32,000 nucleotides of DNA from Synechococcus elongatus PCC 6301 (GTDB lineage: Bacteria; Cyanobacteriota; Cyanobacteriia; Synechococcales; Synechococcaceae): positions 2,310,001 through 2,342,000 of the forward strand of contig NC_006576.1 in the NCBI RefSeq assembly GCF_000010065.1, written 5' to 3'. The position numbers and the translations under genes were made by a program. Of this stretch, positions 1 through 8,891 are shown piece after piece. Position 1 is the first letter of the stretch; each line of letters starts with the position of its first letter. The notes beneath the pieces are model-generated. The model was not told where the DNA came from, searched no databases, and saw nothing but the letters and a program-made list of their open reading frames with translations.

Positions 1-448
1 CTAGCTGCTGAGCCTCTGCTGGCGTCACACCGTAGTTGAGTTGCACGGCGCCAAGGTTGGCAAGCAGCAAAATATCGGGCGCCAGATCCCGTACGTCAAA
101 GGTTGGCGTGGTCTCAGGCTGCCGCAGCATTACCCGTTGGGAACCCACACCCATGGCGAGCCGATACTTCTGCGCCGCGATCGCCAAACGACAGTTGATC
201 CGCTGCGCGGTTTCGGTTCCGCCGGTCATCGACGAGATCAGCAGCGGTGCCCCCAGCGATCGCCCCAAGAACTGCGTCCCTAGGTCCAGCGCCTGCAGAC
301 TCAAATTTGGCAGCGCACAATGCTGGAAACGATAGCGCTCCAACCCGGTCGTCACCTCGGGGCTTTCGACTCCAGCCTCAAGACAGAGTTGGAGATGTTC
401 AGCTTTCCGTTGGGGGAGGGACGACTCAGCTGCGATCGGGAAGTTCAC
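1..448 (-). CDS. fni: Isopentenyl-diphosphate delta-isomerase type 2 (FMN-dependent), partial, 3' end beyond the window
   Basis: Hand translation from GTG at 448: [24 protein letters not shown]...[41 protein letters not shown]...[20 protein letters not shown]. These are type 2 IDI motifs. Not in the ORF track because it runs off the edge. Confidence 0.88.
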   Translation of the reverse strand, partial: MNFPIAAESSLPQRKAEHLQLCLEAGVESPEVTTGLERYRFQHCALPNLSLQALDLGTQFLGRSLGAPLLISSMTGGTETAQRINCRLAIAAQKYRLAMGVGSQRVMLRQPETTPTFDVRDLAPDILLLANLGAVQLNYGVTPAEAQQL

Positions 449-456
449 AAGGTTTC

Positions 457-990
457 TCAGGGTTGAACCGGACGAATGTCAATCACACTGCCGCCAAACC
501 GATAGTCTTTGCCCTCGAGTTCAATTGGGGTGCCCACCTTCAGCTTGACGTTCCCCAAAACATAGCCATCGGGCGTTGGTTGGGCTTGCCCCGCCAAGGT
601 GATGATCGTATCGCTGGTGTAGGCCTGCTCAGGGCGAGGATCGGGTAGCGCCTTGACTCCGCCATCGGGCTGGGGCACCAGAACCGATCGCGGCAAGGGC
701 TGGATACTAACTAAATCGATCTGACCGTAGGGCTGGTTGCGGATGATCAGATTGGTTTTGGCCTCTTTCTCAATCGTGGCAAAGAGCGCAGTGGGATTCT
801 TGGCGGTGAGCCCGCGAATCATCACGTCCACCTGCAGGGCTTGACGCTGTCCGGTGACTTGGGCGACAGAAGTCGTCAGGGTTGGCGAGAGGAAAATCCC
901 TGCGATCGCTGCAACCAAAATGATCCCAGCGCCCAGATCGATCAGGCTAAACCGGCCAAAAAGACGACCTTGGGAATCGAGAATAGCCAT
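457..990 (-). CDS. DUF4330 family-like cyanobacterial protein with one N-terminal transmembrane segment
   Basis: Intact 177-aa ORF starting [34 protein letters not shown]; family assigned from memory of this N-terminal pattern. Confidence 0.7.
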   Translation of the reverse strand: MAILDSQGRLFGRFSLIDLGAGIILVAAIAGIFLSPTLTTSVAQVTGQRQALQVDVMIRGLTAKNPTALFATIEKEAKTNLIIRNQPYGQIDLVSIQPLPRSVLVPQPDGGVKALPDPRPEQAYTSDTIITLAGQAQPTPDGYVLGNVKLKVGTPIELEGKDYRFGGSVIDIRPVQP

Positions 991-1211
991 GCTGGAGCTC
1001 TGAAGCGTCGGGCGCTATTCTACCGCTCGAGCGTGCTTGGGCACATCGTCCGGCAGAGACCGATGGAATTGACGACCCAGCGATCGCGACTGTGTTGGGT
1101 TCAAGCTTGAACGGTTGTTGTCGAATCGGTCGTCAGAGCCGCAGAAGCGAGGATTGGCATCAGTCGATGCTCTTCGCTTCGGCTCAACTGTCCTTGGGAC
1201 CTAACCGATCG

Positions 1212-1982
1212 CTAACTAGGACTGACCTGATCGCGAGGGTATCGTAGGAGCGATCGCCGACCCTTTGCTGGATTGGACAACACGGTCTGGAGGCGCTCTG
1301 CCAAATCGCAGACACGCGTTTCATTGCTCTGGGCCTGAACTTGAAACACCCGCTGGTTGTCCCAGTCCAGAGCCGTTAGCCAGCCGCTTCTGGGGTGATA
1401 GACCCCCGTATCTAGCCCCAACCATCCGGCACCCGCTGCTACATAGCCCGGCTGGATGCCCGCCATGGTGCAGGTGATTGTGTGGCCCACCAAAATCGTT
1501 TTGTTGGCAAAAAATGGCTGCGATCGCGCTAAAAATTGATCGCGAATCCAGCAAAACTCGTTGGCATCTTGGCGGCTCAACGGCAGGTCAGGATCGACGC
1601 CGGCATGCACGAGCCAAATCTCGCCTAAGTCTAGATAGAGCGGCAGTTGTTGCAGCCACGGTCGCAACTCTTCAAGAGCTTCCCAGCTGCCAAAACTGGC
1701 TAAAGTTGCCTGACCACCAGCTTGGAACCAATGCAATCGCAGTTCTGATAAGTCAGGGAAGGCCAGCACTTGGGACAGCAAGTGCTCGTGGTTGCCCATC
1801 AAACTCGTGTAGCCCTGCGATCGCACGAGGGCAACGACCTTGGCACTGTCAGGGCCGCGATCGATCAAATCACCCAGGCAATAGACCTGATCATCGGTAT
1901 CTGGGTCAGCCAGCTCTAGCAAGCGATAGAGACTGCGGTAATGCCCATGCACATCGCCAATAATCAGTCGTCGGCCTGCCAT
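1212..1982 (-). CDS. Metallophosphoesterase, ApaH/PrpE-like serine/threonine protein phosphatase
   Basis: Motifs GDVHGHY, GDLIDRGPDS, GNHE and TILVGHT. Confidence 0.88.
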   Translation of the reverse strand: MAGRRLIIGDVHGHYRSLYRLLELADPDTDDQVYCLGDLIDRGPDSAKVVALVRSQGYTSLMGNHEHLLSQVLAFPDLSELRLHWFQAGGQATLASFGSWEALEELRPWLQQLPLYLDLGEIWLVHAGVDPDLPLSRQDANEFCWIRDQFLARSQPFFANKTILVGHTITCTMAGIQPGYVAAGAGWLGLDTGVYHPRSGWLTALDWDNQRVFQVQAQSNETRVCDLAERLQTVLSNPAKGRRSLLRYPRDQVSPS

Positions 1983-1988
1983 GGTCGA

Positions 1989-2738
1989 TCAGCTCCCGAG
2001 GGCTCGGAGAAAGCGTTGTAATTCGTTCAAGAGACCGCCACGACTCGGTCGCGTAGGGGCTGTTGGAGCTGCCACCCCAAGGGGCACCTCGACATCCACG
2101 GGGGCAAGGCCGGCAAAGAGCCGATCGAGGTCTTCCCCGTTGGGTCGTTGGTCATATTCCTGCAGCAGCTCATAGCCAGTGTCGGTTTCTTGCCACACCT
2201 GCCAGCGCTGCGGGTAGGCCTGAAAAATGGCGGCCCCTTCCAAAGGCGAGAGGTAGTAAGCCGACTGCCACTGATTCAGAAAGCGTTCCCGCAGTTGCCG
2301 CGCTGCATAGCCAATGCCAATGGTGGCCACATCCTCCAATCGCGGGTTCAACAAGATCACGGGGCGATCGCCAATCTCTTGACAGAGTTGTTCCAACCGC
2401 TGGACTTCAACCGACGAGGGCTCAATGAAAATAAACAGCTCTTCCTCGGGCTGTACGGCTGCTTTCAGCTCCTCCATGCCCCGCACTGAAAACGGTAGCT
2501 CTCCCCAATCACGCCGAGCTAGGGCCGCAGCGCCCGGATCGGGGAAGAAGACCCGCAGCTTAGCTCCTCGGTCGAGGAAAGCCGCTAAAAACTGCCAAGC
2601 GATCGGCTGAATTTTGAGCTCTGGGATCGCTAGGTCAACTTGAATGCGGGTCAATCCGGCGGCAAGGGCCCGCTGGGCTGCCTCCTTGGCCTGTTCGACA
2701 GCGGTTTCAAGATCGGCGGGAAAAGCCAGCATAAGCAA
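1989..2738 (-). CDS. DUF1995 family-like cyanobacterial/plastid protein
   Basis: 249-aa ORF (FPADLETAVEQAKEAAQRALAAGLTRIQVDLAIPELK) with the expected conserved N-terminus. It sits in a tight minus-strand run of genes. Confidence 0.65.
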   Translation of the reverse strand: MLMLAFPADLETAVEQAKEAAQRALAAGLTRIQVDLAIPELKIQPIAWQFLAAFLDRGAKLRVFFPDPGAAALARRDWGELPFSVRGMEELKAAVQPEEELFIFIEPSSVEVQRLEQLCQEIGDRPVILLNPRLEDVATIGIGYAARQLRERFLNQWQSAYYLSPLEGAAIFQAYPQRWQVWQETDTGYELLQEYDQRPNGEDLDRLFAGLAPVDVEVPLGVAAPTAPTRPSRGGLLNELQRFLRALGS

Positions 2739-2743
2739 TCCAG

Positions 2744-3904
2744 TTAGGCCGGAGACAACAACGAGGCTTGGGGCAAGCTGTGGAGCGCCGATCGCAGGGC
2801 GATCGCCGCCGCTTCTACCTCAGCCAACTGGGTCGATCGACCCAGGCTGAAACGAATACCTGCCAAGGCTTCTTGGGGACTATACCCCATGGCTAGCAGG
2901 ACGGGACTGGGCTGGCTGCGGCCACTGTTGCAAGCAGAACCGCCACTGATGCCAAAACCCAGCCGATTCATGGCTCGTACCAGCTGTTGACTGGTCCCAG
3001 TTGTGCCACCTCGGGCGATAAAACTGGCATGATGGGGCAGCCGCTGGATGGGGTCACCTGTCAGCCTGAGACGGGGTTCGGTGGCCAGTACCGCAATGAG
3101 GCGATCGCGCAGGGATTGGAGGCGCGCCGTCTCGTGGGGGAGTTCGGCGGCGGCAAGCTGGGCGGCTTCACCAAAGGCCGCGATCGCAGCAATCGGTGGC
3201 GTTCCCGAGCGCAGGCCACTTTCTTGATTCCCACCCTGCAGGAGGGGCGCTAACTCAACACCTGGCCGAATGTAGAGTGCCCCAACTCCTTGGGGACCGT
3301 AGAGTTTATGGCTGGAGAGCGAGAGCAAATCGATCGGCAGCCGCTGCACATCGATCGGTAAACGTCCCGCTACTTGGACCGCGTCGGTGTGGAAGAGGAT
3401 GCCATGTTCACGAGCGATCGCGGCAAGCTCTGCGATCGGTTGGATCGTTCCGACTTCGCTTTGACCCCAGATCACTGAGATCAGGCGGGTGTCTGGGCGA
3501 ACCGCACTGGCCAGATCCGCGGGTTGAATGCGGCCGCTACGATCAACCGGCAAGCGCGTTACCTGCCAGCCCCGTTGCTCTAGCCAAGCGGCTGGCCGAG
3601 CGATCGCGGAATGTTCGACGGCGGAGATGATCAGATGCCCCGGCCGCGGGTCTGCAAGATAGGGACTGAGAATTGCCCAGTTATCCGATTCCGTACCGCC
3701 GGAGCTAAAGGCGATTGCCTCCGGTTCCGCTTGGATCAGGGCCGCGACCTGCTGGCGCGATCGCTCTAGCACGAGGGCTGCGCGATTACCCCACTGGTGC
3801 AAGCTAGCTGCATTGCCCCACTGCTCTTGGGCAACGGCCGTGAAACGCTCCAAAACCTCAGGCCGCATCGAGGTCGTGGCGCTGTAGTCCAAGTAGGTTG
3901 ACAT
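2744..3904 (-). CDS. Cysteine desulfurase, NifS/IscS family
   Basis: MSTYLDYSATTSMRPEVLE, SGGTESDNWAI, EHSAI, HTDAVQVAG, SLSSHKLYGPQGVGALYI (PLP lysine motif), GGNQESGLRSGT. Confidence 0.93.
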   Translation of the reverse strand: MSTYLDYSATTSMRPEVLERFTAVAQEQWGNAASLHQWGNRAALVLERSRQQVAALIQAEPEAIAFSSGGTESDNWAILSPYLADPRPGHLIISAVEHSAIARPAAWLEQRGWQVTRLPVDRSGRIQPADLASAVRPDTRLISVIWGQSEVGTIQPIAELAAIAREHGILFHTDAVQVAGRLPIDVQRLPIDLLSLSSHKLYGPQGVGALYIRPGVELAPLLQGGNQESGLRSGTPPIAAIAAFGEAAQLAAAELPHETARLQSLRDRLIAVLATEPRLRLTGDPIQRLPHHASFIARGGTTGTSQQLVRAMNRLGFGISGGSACNSGRSQPSPVLLAMGYSPQEALAGIRFSLGRSTQLAEVEAAAIALRSALHSLPQASLLSPA

Positions 3905-3957
3905 ACAGGTTCTGTCCTTACCGTCCTTCGCTGACGGAAATGGAGCCAGTCGGAACG

Positions 3958-4200
3958 CTAGAAATCGTCGGGACGAATGCCGTCTTCAGGAAACACCCAC
4001 TGCGGCCCACCATTGCCACTGAGGCGCTCAAGCTGACGCCGCCGCACGGCCTCAGCTGCCATTTCCAGCATTTGATCCAAGGGCGTCTCGCGGATGAAGC
4101 GCTCAGCATCCTCCTGAAACGGTCGACCCGGGCATCGATCGCCCAAGACGCATCCCTCAAGACAATCCACGGCACAGTTGACGCTGGCAGGCTCCGACAT
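3958..4200 (-). CDS. Small 4-cysteine conserved hypothetical protein (80 aa)
   Basis: ATG at 4200: MSEPASVNCAVDCLEGCVLGDRCPGRPFQEDAERFIRETPLDQMLEMAAEAV...WVFPEDGIRPDDF. The ORF track extends it to a TTG at 4212. Confidence 0.75.
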   Translation of the reverse strand: MSEPASVNCAVDCLEGCVLGDRCPGRPFQEDAERFIRETPLDQMLEMAAEAVRRRQLERLSGNGGPQWVFPEDGIRPDDF

Positions 4201-4212
4201 GATTGGCAGCAA

Positions 4213-5070
4213 TTAGGCAGCTAGTTCCATGCTACCGCTGAACACCTTAACTGCCGGGCCAGTCATAAACAGATGACCGTCTTCTCGCCATTCAATTTGT
4301 AGCGGCCCGCCCGGAAGTTCCACCGTCGCTTGGCGATCGCTCCGACCGGTCAGGACAGCCGCGACCAAGGTGGCACAAGCTCCGGTTCCACAGGCTAGGG
4401 TTGCGCCAGCCCCTCGCTCCCAGACGCGCATCTTCAGGTAGTCGGGCCGGACAACCTCGACAAACTCAGTATTGGTGCGCTGGGGAAAGACAGGATGATG
4501 CTCAAACAGTGGCCCGATCTCCGCTAAGGGAACGGCCGCAACATCCTCGACGAAGGTAATGCAGTGGGGGTTACCCATGCTGACGGTTGTGACCTTCCAA
4601 GGGCGATCGCCTACTTCCAAGTCTGCTTCGACGACACGATCGCCAGTACCTGTCAGCGTCGTCGGGATTTCAACTGGTTTGAGGTAAGCCGGCCCCATAT
4701 CGACAGTGACTAAGCCAGTCTCGGTTAGCGTTGGCACAATCAAGCCAGCACCGGTAGCAATGCGATAGCGGGATTGAGCCCCGCCATCCAGCTCGCTCAA
4801 AAATTTGGCCAAACAGCGGATGCCGTTGCCGCACATCTCCGGTTCTGAACCGTCAGAGTTAAAGATCCGCATGACATAGTCGCTGTCGCCGCTGCCGGGC
4901 AGCGCAAAAATGACGCCGTCCGCACCGACCCCAAAGTTGCGATCGCAGACCTGCACTGCTTGCTCCGGGGTTAGCCTTGGTTCCCCAGACTCGCGGTTGT
5001 CCACCAGGATGAAATCATTGCCAAGACCGTGATATTTCGCGAACTGCAGAGACATAACTGCTGGGGACAA
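4213..5070 (-). CDS. dapF: Diaminopimelate epimerase
   Basis: [65 protein letters not shown]. Likely start is the internal Met ([10 protein letters not shown]) at 5055. Confidence 0.97.
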   Translation of the reverse strand: MSPAVMSLQFAKYHGLGNDFILVDNRESGEPRLTPEQAVQVCDRNFGVGADGVIFALPGSGDSDYVMRIFNSDGSEPEMCGNGIRCLAKFLSELDGGAQSRYRIATGAGLIVPTLTETGLVTVDMGPAYLKPVEIPTTLTGTGDRVVEADLEVGDRPWKVTTVSMGNPHCITFVEDVAAVPLAEIGPLFEHHPVFPQRTNTEFVEVVRPDYLKMRVWERGAGATLACGTGACATLVAAVLTGRSDRQATVELPGGPLQIEWREDGHLFMTGPAVKVFSGSMELAA

Positions 5071-5177
5071 ACCACGGTCTCGATCCTACGGCGATCGTGG
5101 CCTTGGATTTGCTGCAATCGCTGCAGAGGTGGGGTCAGGGTGCTAAGCTGCGGTCGCTAGCGCTCCCTACAATTTCT

Positions 5178-5390
5178 GTGGCCTTGCTCGATACCAGCCT
5201 GCCCAGTGTTCGACTTCTACAGCAATACATTCGCGAGCAGGTATTTCTAGAAGTCAAACTCAACAGCGGTGATATCTGGCAGGCGCGGCTGCTCTGGCAA
5301 GACCCAGACTGCCTCTGCCTCAAAACCCCTCAAGAAGAAACGGTGATCCTGTGGCGAGCGGCGCTCGTGTCGCTGCGACCCCTCCTCTAG
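5178..5390 (+). CDS. hfq: Cyanobacterial Hfq-like Sm-fold protein (70 aa)
   Basis: From GTG 5178: VALLDTSLPSVRLLQQYIREQVFLEVKLNSGDIWQARLLWQDPDCLCLKTPQEETVILWRAALVSLRPLL. Sm1/Sm2-like pattern, typical size, and next to dapF. The ORF track begins at a GTG at 5097. Confidence 0.8.
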   Translation: MALLDTSLPSVRLLQQYIREQVFLEVKLNSGDIWQARLLWQDPDCLCLKTPQEETVILWRAALVSLRPLL

Positions 5391-5453
5391 AGGCGATCGC
5401 CCGACTCAGTCTTCGCGAAATCACTGCTGGCTTACGCGATCGGGAACTCCATC

Positions 5454-6305
5454 ATGCTGCGTCCTCTGCTCCCCTCATTTCTCTCAGTGGTGGCGCTCAC
5501 ACCAGTGATTGTTCAGCCCACCGACGTGCTGACGGCAACCGTGACGCCGCTGGCACCGCGACAGGGCGAAACCCTGCAAGTCAGCATCCAGTCCTCGGCT
5601 GAAACGCCGCCTCAAGTGCGCTTTGGCCCCCGCACAATTCCTGTATTTGGGATCGGTGCAGGCCAGTATCGCGCCCTAATTCCGACAACACCTGTTCTGA
5701 AAACCGGCGGCTATTTACTAACGGTGCAAGGAGCGACCCAAGCGCGCCGCATCCCGATCGAAGTGGCACGCCGCAGTTTTCCGGTGCAGCGGATCTGGCT
5801 GCCGCCTGGTAAGTCCGACTTGGGCACAGACTTCGAGTTCGATCGTGTTGATGCCTTCAAGGCACTGATTACGCCGGAACTATTCTGGACTGGCCCCTTG
5901 CGCCGCCCAGCCCCTGGTCGCATCTCCACGGGCTATGGCGTGCGCCGCTACTACAACGGCGTGTTTGCTGAAGACTACTTCCATCGCGGTCTTGACTACG
6001 CCGATGCCACCGGAACTCCAGTGCGAGCGCCTGCGGCTGGCCGGATCGCCTTGGTCGGCTACGAGCAACAGGGCTTTGAAGTCCATGGCAACACGATCGG
6101 TATTGACCATGGTCAGGGCATTGCCAGCATTCTGATTCACCTCAACCGCATCAACGTTCGCGAAGGCCAGTTTGTCCAGGCCGGCGACGTCATTGGCACC
6201 GTAGGCAATACGGGCGCTTTTACGGGCCCGCACCTGCACTGGGGCTTTTATGTGCTGGGTGAATCGGTAGATCCCACACCATGGTTACAGCGAGGACTGA
6301 ACTGA
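5454..6305 (+). CDS. M23 family metallopeptidase (LytM-like murein endopeptidase)
   Basis: GVRRYYNGVFAEDYFHRGLDYADATGTPVRAPAAGRI and GNTGAFTGPHLHWGFYV: the HxxxD and HLHWG zinc and catalytic motifs. Confidence 0.93.
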   Translation: MLRPLLPSFLSVVALTPVIVQPTDVLTATVTPLAPRQGETLQVSIQSSAETPPQVRFGPRTIPVFGIGAGQYRALIPTTPVLKTGGYLLTVQGATQARRIPIEVARRSFPVQRIWLPPGKSDLGTDFEFDRVDAFKALITPELFWTGPLRRPAPGRISTGYGVRRYYNGVFAEDYFHRGLDYADATGTPVRAPAAGRIALVGYEQQGFEVHGNTIGIDHGQGIASILIHLNRINVREGQFVQAGDVIGTVGNTGAFTGPHLHWGFYVLGESVDPTPWLQRGLN

Positions 6306-6832
6306 TGACGATCGCCTTAGAACAGTGCGTGGATGAAGCTCTGCGTCTGGGCTTTCTGACGCCAGCCCTCGAAGCCAGCGTCAACCAAGTCTGCGATCAA
6401 GCAACGGCGCTGTCGGAACTGCAGCAGTTGGCCTTGCGCCGTTTGATTAGTGCTCTGCGCAGCGGCGAAGTGATCGTGGTGCCTCGGCAGCAGCTATTCA
6501 ACCTGATGGAAGAGCTGGTTTTCTCAGAAGCGATCGCTCAAGTGAGTGCCTTTGAGTTGCGCGAGGAAGTCACCCTTGATCTGCCTGCGATCGTCGTCCA
6601 CGCCCTCAATCGCTTGCCGCCGCTTTACGCCACCAGCCTCGATCAGGCTCAAACCCTCCGCCAGCTGGGCCTGCAGCAGTATCAAGCTCTGATTGCAGCA
6701 CGGGTTAGCGAAGCTATCTCCTTGGGTTTTGGTTTGCGATCGTCGGGGCCAAGTACAGAGGTCGGTCGCGATCGCCAGCCACTACTCCTGCAAGTGGCAC
6801 CGCTGTTGCAGATGCTGGCTCCCGACGATTAG
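6305..6832 (+). CDS. ComFB domain-like protein
   Basis: ATG at 6305 overlaps the M23 stop codon. LFNLMEELVFSEAIAQ and DLPAIVVHALNRLPPLYATS match the ComFB family pattern. Confidence 0.75.
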   Translation: MTIALEQCVDEALRLGFLTPALEASVNQVCDQATALSELQQLALRRLISALRSGEVIVVPRQQLFNLMEELVFSEAIAQVSAFELREEVTLDLPAIVVHALNRLPPLYATSLDQAQTLRQLGLQQYQALIAARVSEAISLGFGLRSSGPSTEVGRDRQPLLLQVAPLLQMLAPDD

Positions 6833-7140
6833 CCTGCCTGCCTTTTTCCTGTACCGACAACTATCTCACTAGCTCTAACTCCTGTCTGGGTGAGCTAGAA
6901 CCTCTTGGTTGCCCAGCCCACATCCCAGTGGCACCGCGATCGGCTACTGTTGCCAGTCCAGGGCAGATGCCAAGCGGATTGACTAAGCCGAGCGATCGCG
7001 CCTTCCCGTTTAAGGGACTGCCCATAGACTGGCTCTGAGGCATCGCTCAACCCCGCAGCAACATGGCAGGATGACCCCATGACAGGGAACTTTTGCAGCC
7101 CAGAGTCGTCAAAAGCTGCAATTGACAGGCGTCTGAGTTC

Positions 7141-7797
7141 ATGACTGCATCTGTTCCCTGTACTTGGTCTAATTCCGAGGCTACAGGTTCTCGCTTGCCC
7201 CTCTCCGCTGATCAGCTTCCGCTCGATGAACTGGTGCTGCGCTGCCAAAAACAGCCCAGCGATCGCCTTGCGTTTACGGAGCTGGTGCGGCGCTACCAAA
7301 ACCACGTGGAGCGCCTGATCTATCACCTAGCGCCCGACTGGGAAGATCGGGCTGATCTGGTGCAGGAAGTCTGGATTCGCGTCTATCGCAATCTCAAAAA
7401 TCTGCAGGAACCTCGCAGCTTCAAAGGCTGGCTCAGCCGCATTGTCACTAACTTGTTCTACGACGAGCTGCGGCGGCGCAAGCGTCGCCAGCCGGCCCTC
7501 TCGCTGGATGCCCCCCGCCTAATCGGCAACGATCAGCTGGATTGGGAACTGCCAACCGAGCAGGCAGGCCCAGACGAGGAGTTGGAAAAACAAGAGTTCT
7601 ACAACGAATTGCGGCGAGCGATCGCGGGGTTGCCTGAAAGTTTCCGCACCACGATCGTGCTGCGCGAAATCGAAGGCTTGGCCTACGAAGAGATTGCTGC
7701 CGCAACGGGGGTTTCTCTCGGGACTGTGAAATCTCGCATCGCCCGCGCCCGCCAGCGTCTCCAAGACCAACTCAGCGGTTATCTAAAACTCTTCTAA
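7141..7797 (+). CDS. sigG: RNA polymerase sigma factor, ECF type, cyanobacterial SigG-like
   Basis: Region 2 (AFTELVRRYQNHVERLIYHLAPDWEDRADLVQEVWIRVYRNLKNLQEPRSFKGWLSRIVTNLFYDELRRRKR) and region 4 (FRTTIVLREIEGLAYEEIAAATGVSLGTVKSRIARARQRLQ). Confidence 0.88.
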   Translation: MTASVPCTWSNSEATGSRLPLSADQLPLDELVLRCQKQPSDRLAFTELVRRYQNHVERLIYHLAPDWEDRADLVQEVWIRVYRNLKNLQEPRSFKGWLSRIVTNLFYDELRRRKRRQPALSLDAPRLIGNDQLDWELPTEQAGPDEELEKQEFYNELRRAIAGLPESFRTTIVLREIEGLAYEEIAAATGVSLGTVKSRIARARQRLQDQLSGYLKLF

Positions 7798-7799
7798 GA

Positions 7800-7845
7800 A
7801 GCCCTAAACTTCCTTGTCGTCCTGTTTAGGATAGGAATTAGGGCT
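7800..7845 (+). promoter_or_regulatory. Two mutually exclusive RNA hairpins between sigG and the anti-sigma gene
   Basis: Stem A: AGCCCTAA (7800-7807) plus TTCCT (7810-7814) pairs with AGGAATTAGGGCT (7833-7845). Stem B: CCTAAAC (7803-7809) pairs with GTTTAGG (7824-7830). Confidence 0.45.
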
Positions 7846-7880
7846 AAAAGCTGTGAACGCAAACCCAGAGGTTGACGCCT

Positions 7881-8381
7881 GTGTCTGAGCAACGATCCTT
7901 CGAACGGACCTCAGAGCCATGTTTTGAACTGTTGAGCGCCTATCTCGACAATGCTGTCACGGCTACTGAACGGAAACAGGTTGAGCAGTGGCTCGCAGAA
8001 GATGCGGATGCTCAAGCCACCTTTGCCCAACTGCGAAAGCTGCAGCAGGTCTGGTCGCGGCAGCGATCGGCTGTGATCAGTAGCGATCGCAGTGCCGAAG
8101 CGATCGCGGCGGCTGTCTTTGCTGATCCCCGAGTCCGTCGTCGCCGCTGGCAACGTTGGGCCATTCCGACTGGTTTGGCGGCGATGGTAGCAGTGGCAGT
8201 CGGTAATTCTTTAGTGCCTGAATTCAGTGTTCGTACCGCTACCAATCGCGATCCGGTGATGGCTCCTTATCCTACGGGTGAGCCGCTTTTCTTGGCGCTG
8301 GATGAACCGGTGATCGAACTGCCCCGCAATCCCAACAATCGGGTCAAACCGGCTGCATTTCTGCCGGCCAGCCGCCGCTAA
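7881..8381 (+). CDS. Probable membrane anti-sigma factor of SigG
   Basis: CFELLSAYLDNAVTATERKQVEQWLAEDADAQATFAQLRKLQQVW anti-sigma N-terminal helix pattern, then one TM segment (WAIPTGLAAMVAVAVGNSLV). It lies directly downstream of sigG, GTG start. Confidence 0.75.
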   Translation: MSEQRSFERTSEPCFELLSAYLDNAVTATERKQVEQWLAEDADAQATFAQLRKLQQVWSRQRSAVISSDRSAEAIAAAVFADPRVRRRRWQRWAIPTGLAAMVAVAVGNSLVPEFSVRTATNRDPVMAPYPTGEPLFLALDEPVIELPRNPNNRVKPAAFLPASRR

Positions 8382-8834
8382 TCACAGGCTCTGGCCCCAG
8401 AGTTCGGCCTGAATTGCTGCGCTCCAGTAGCCATCTGCTACAGCGATTCCCCCCTGACGTGTCACTTCTGCGATTGCCATGCGGTAGAGCCAAGCTTCCC
8501 CGAGTGGCTGTTGCTGAAGGTCGTAGACCGGTTCCCAGCAGCGCTGATAAAGATTGAGACTGCGATCGCGATTGGGAGCATAGCCTTCTAGATCATCGAG
8601 TCGATCCAAGAGGTCCGGCGATCGCAACTGCAGAAGCACGCCCCGTACCCAACCCTCTTCTTCAGTGAGGGCCGGATAGCCCGCTGGCAGTGCATAGACC
8701 CTCCCCGGTACTTGAGCGGGGACGGCTGCAACGAGCCATGGCTCCAGATTGAGCACTTGATAGTAATGCTGACCTGGCTGCAGCGTGCCGTAGACGAAGA
8801 CCGAGAGCGGTGCTGGAGAGGACTGCTGAGGCAT
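8382..8834 (-). CDS. Gamma-glutamylcyclotransferase family (AIG2-like) protein
   Basis: [38 protein letters not shown] and DLEGY motifs. Start at the internal Met of the track ORF. Confidence 0.85.
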   Translation of the reverse strand: MPQQSSPAPLSVFVYGTLQPGQHYYQVLNLEPWLVAAVPAQVPGRVYALPAGYPALTEEEGWVRGVLLQLRSPDLLDRLDDLEGYAPNRDRSLNLYQRCWEPVYDLQQQPLGEAWLYRMAIAEVTRQGGIAVADGYWSAAIQAELWGQSL

Positions 8835-8891
8835 TGTGCGAAAATGCAAAATGGTGCCAATTCACGCTCGCAAGAATACCAAGGAGTTTCG

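Noticed and set aside
1090-1125. GGTTCAAGC segment resembling a tRNA T-arm
   Set aside because: No matching acceptor stem, anticodon arm or D-arm nearby. It is better described as a 14-bp palindrome.
6869-6898. CTAGCTC / GAGCTAG stem downstream of the ComFB-like gene as a terminator
   Set aside because: Only a 7-bp stem with a 16-nt loop and no following T tract, so the evidence is too weak to list as a feature.
6895-7326. Minus-strand ORF of 143 aa between the ComFB-like gene and sigG
   Set aside because: It overlaps the sigG start, and its low-complexity Ser/Arg/Gly-rich translation has no family signature.
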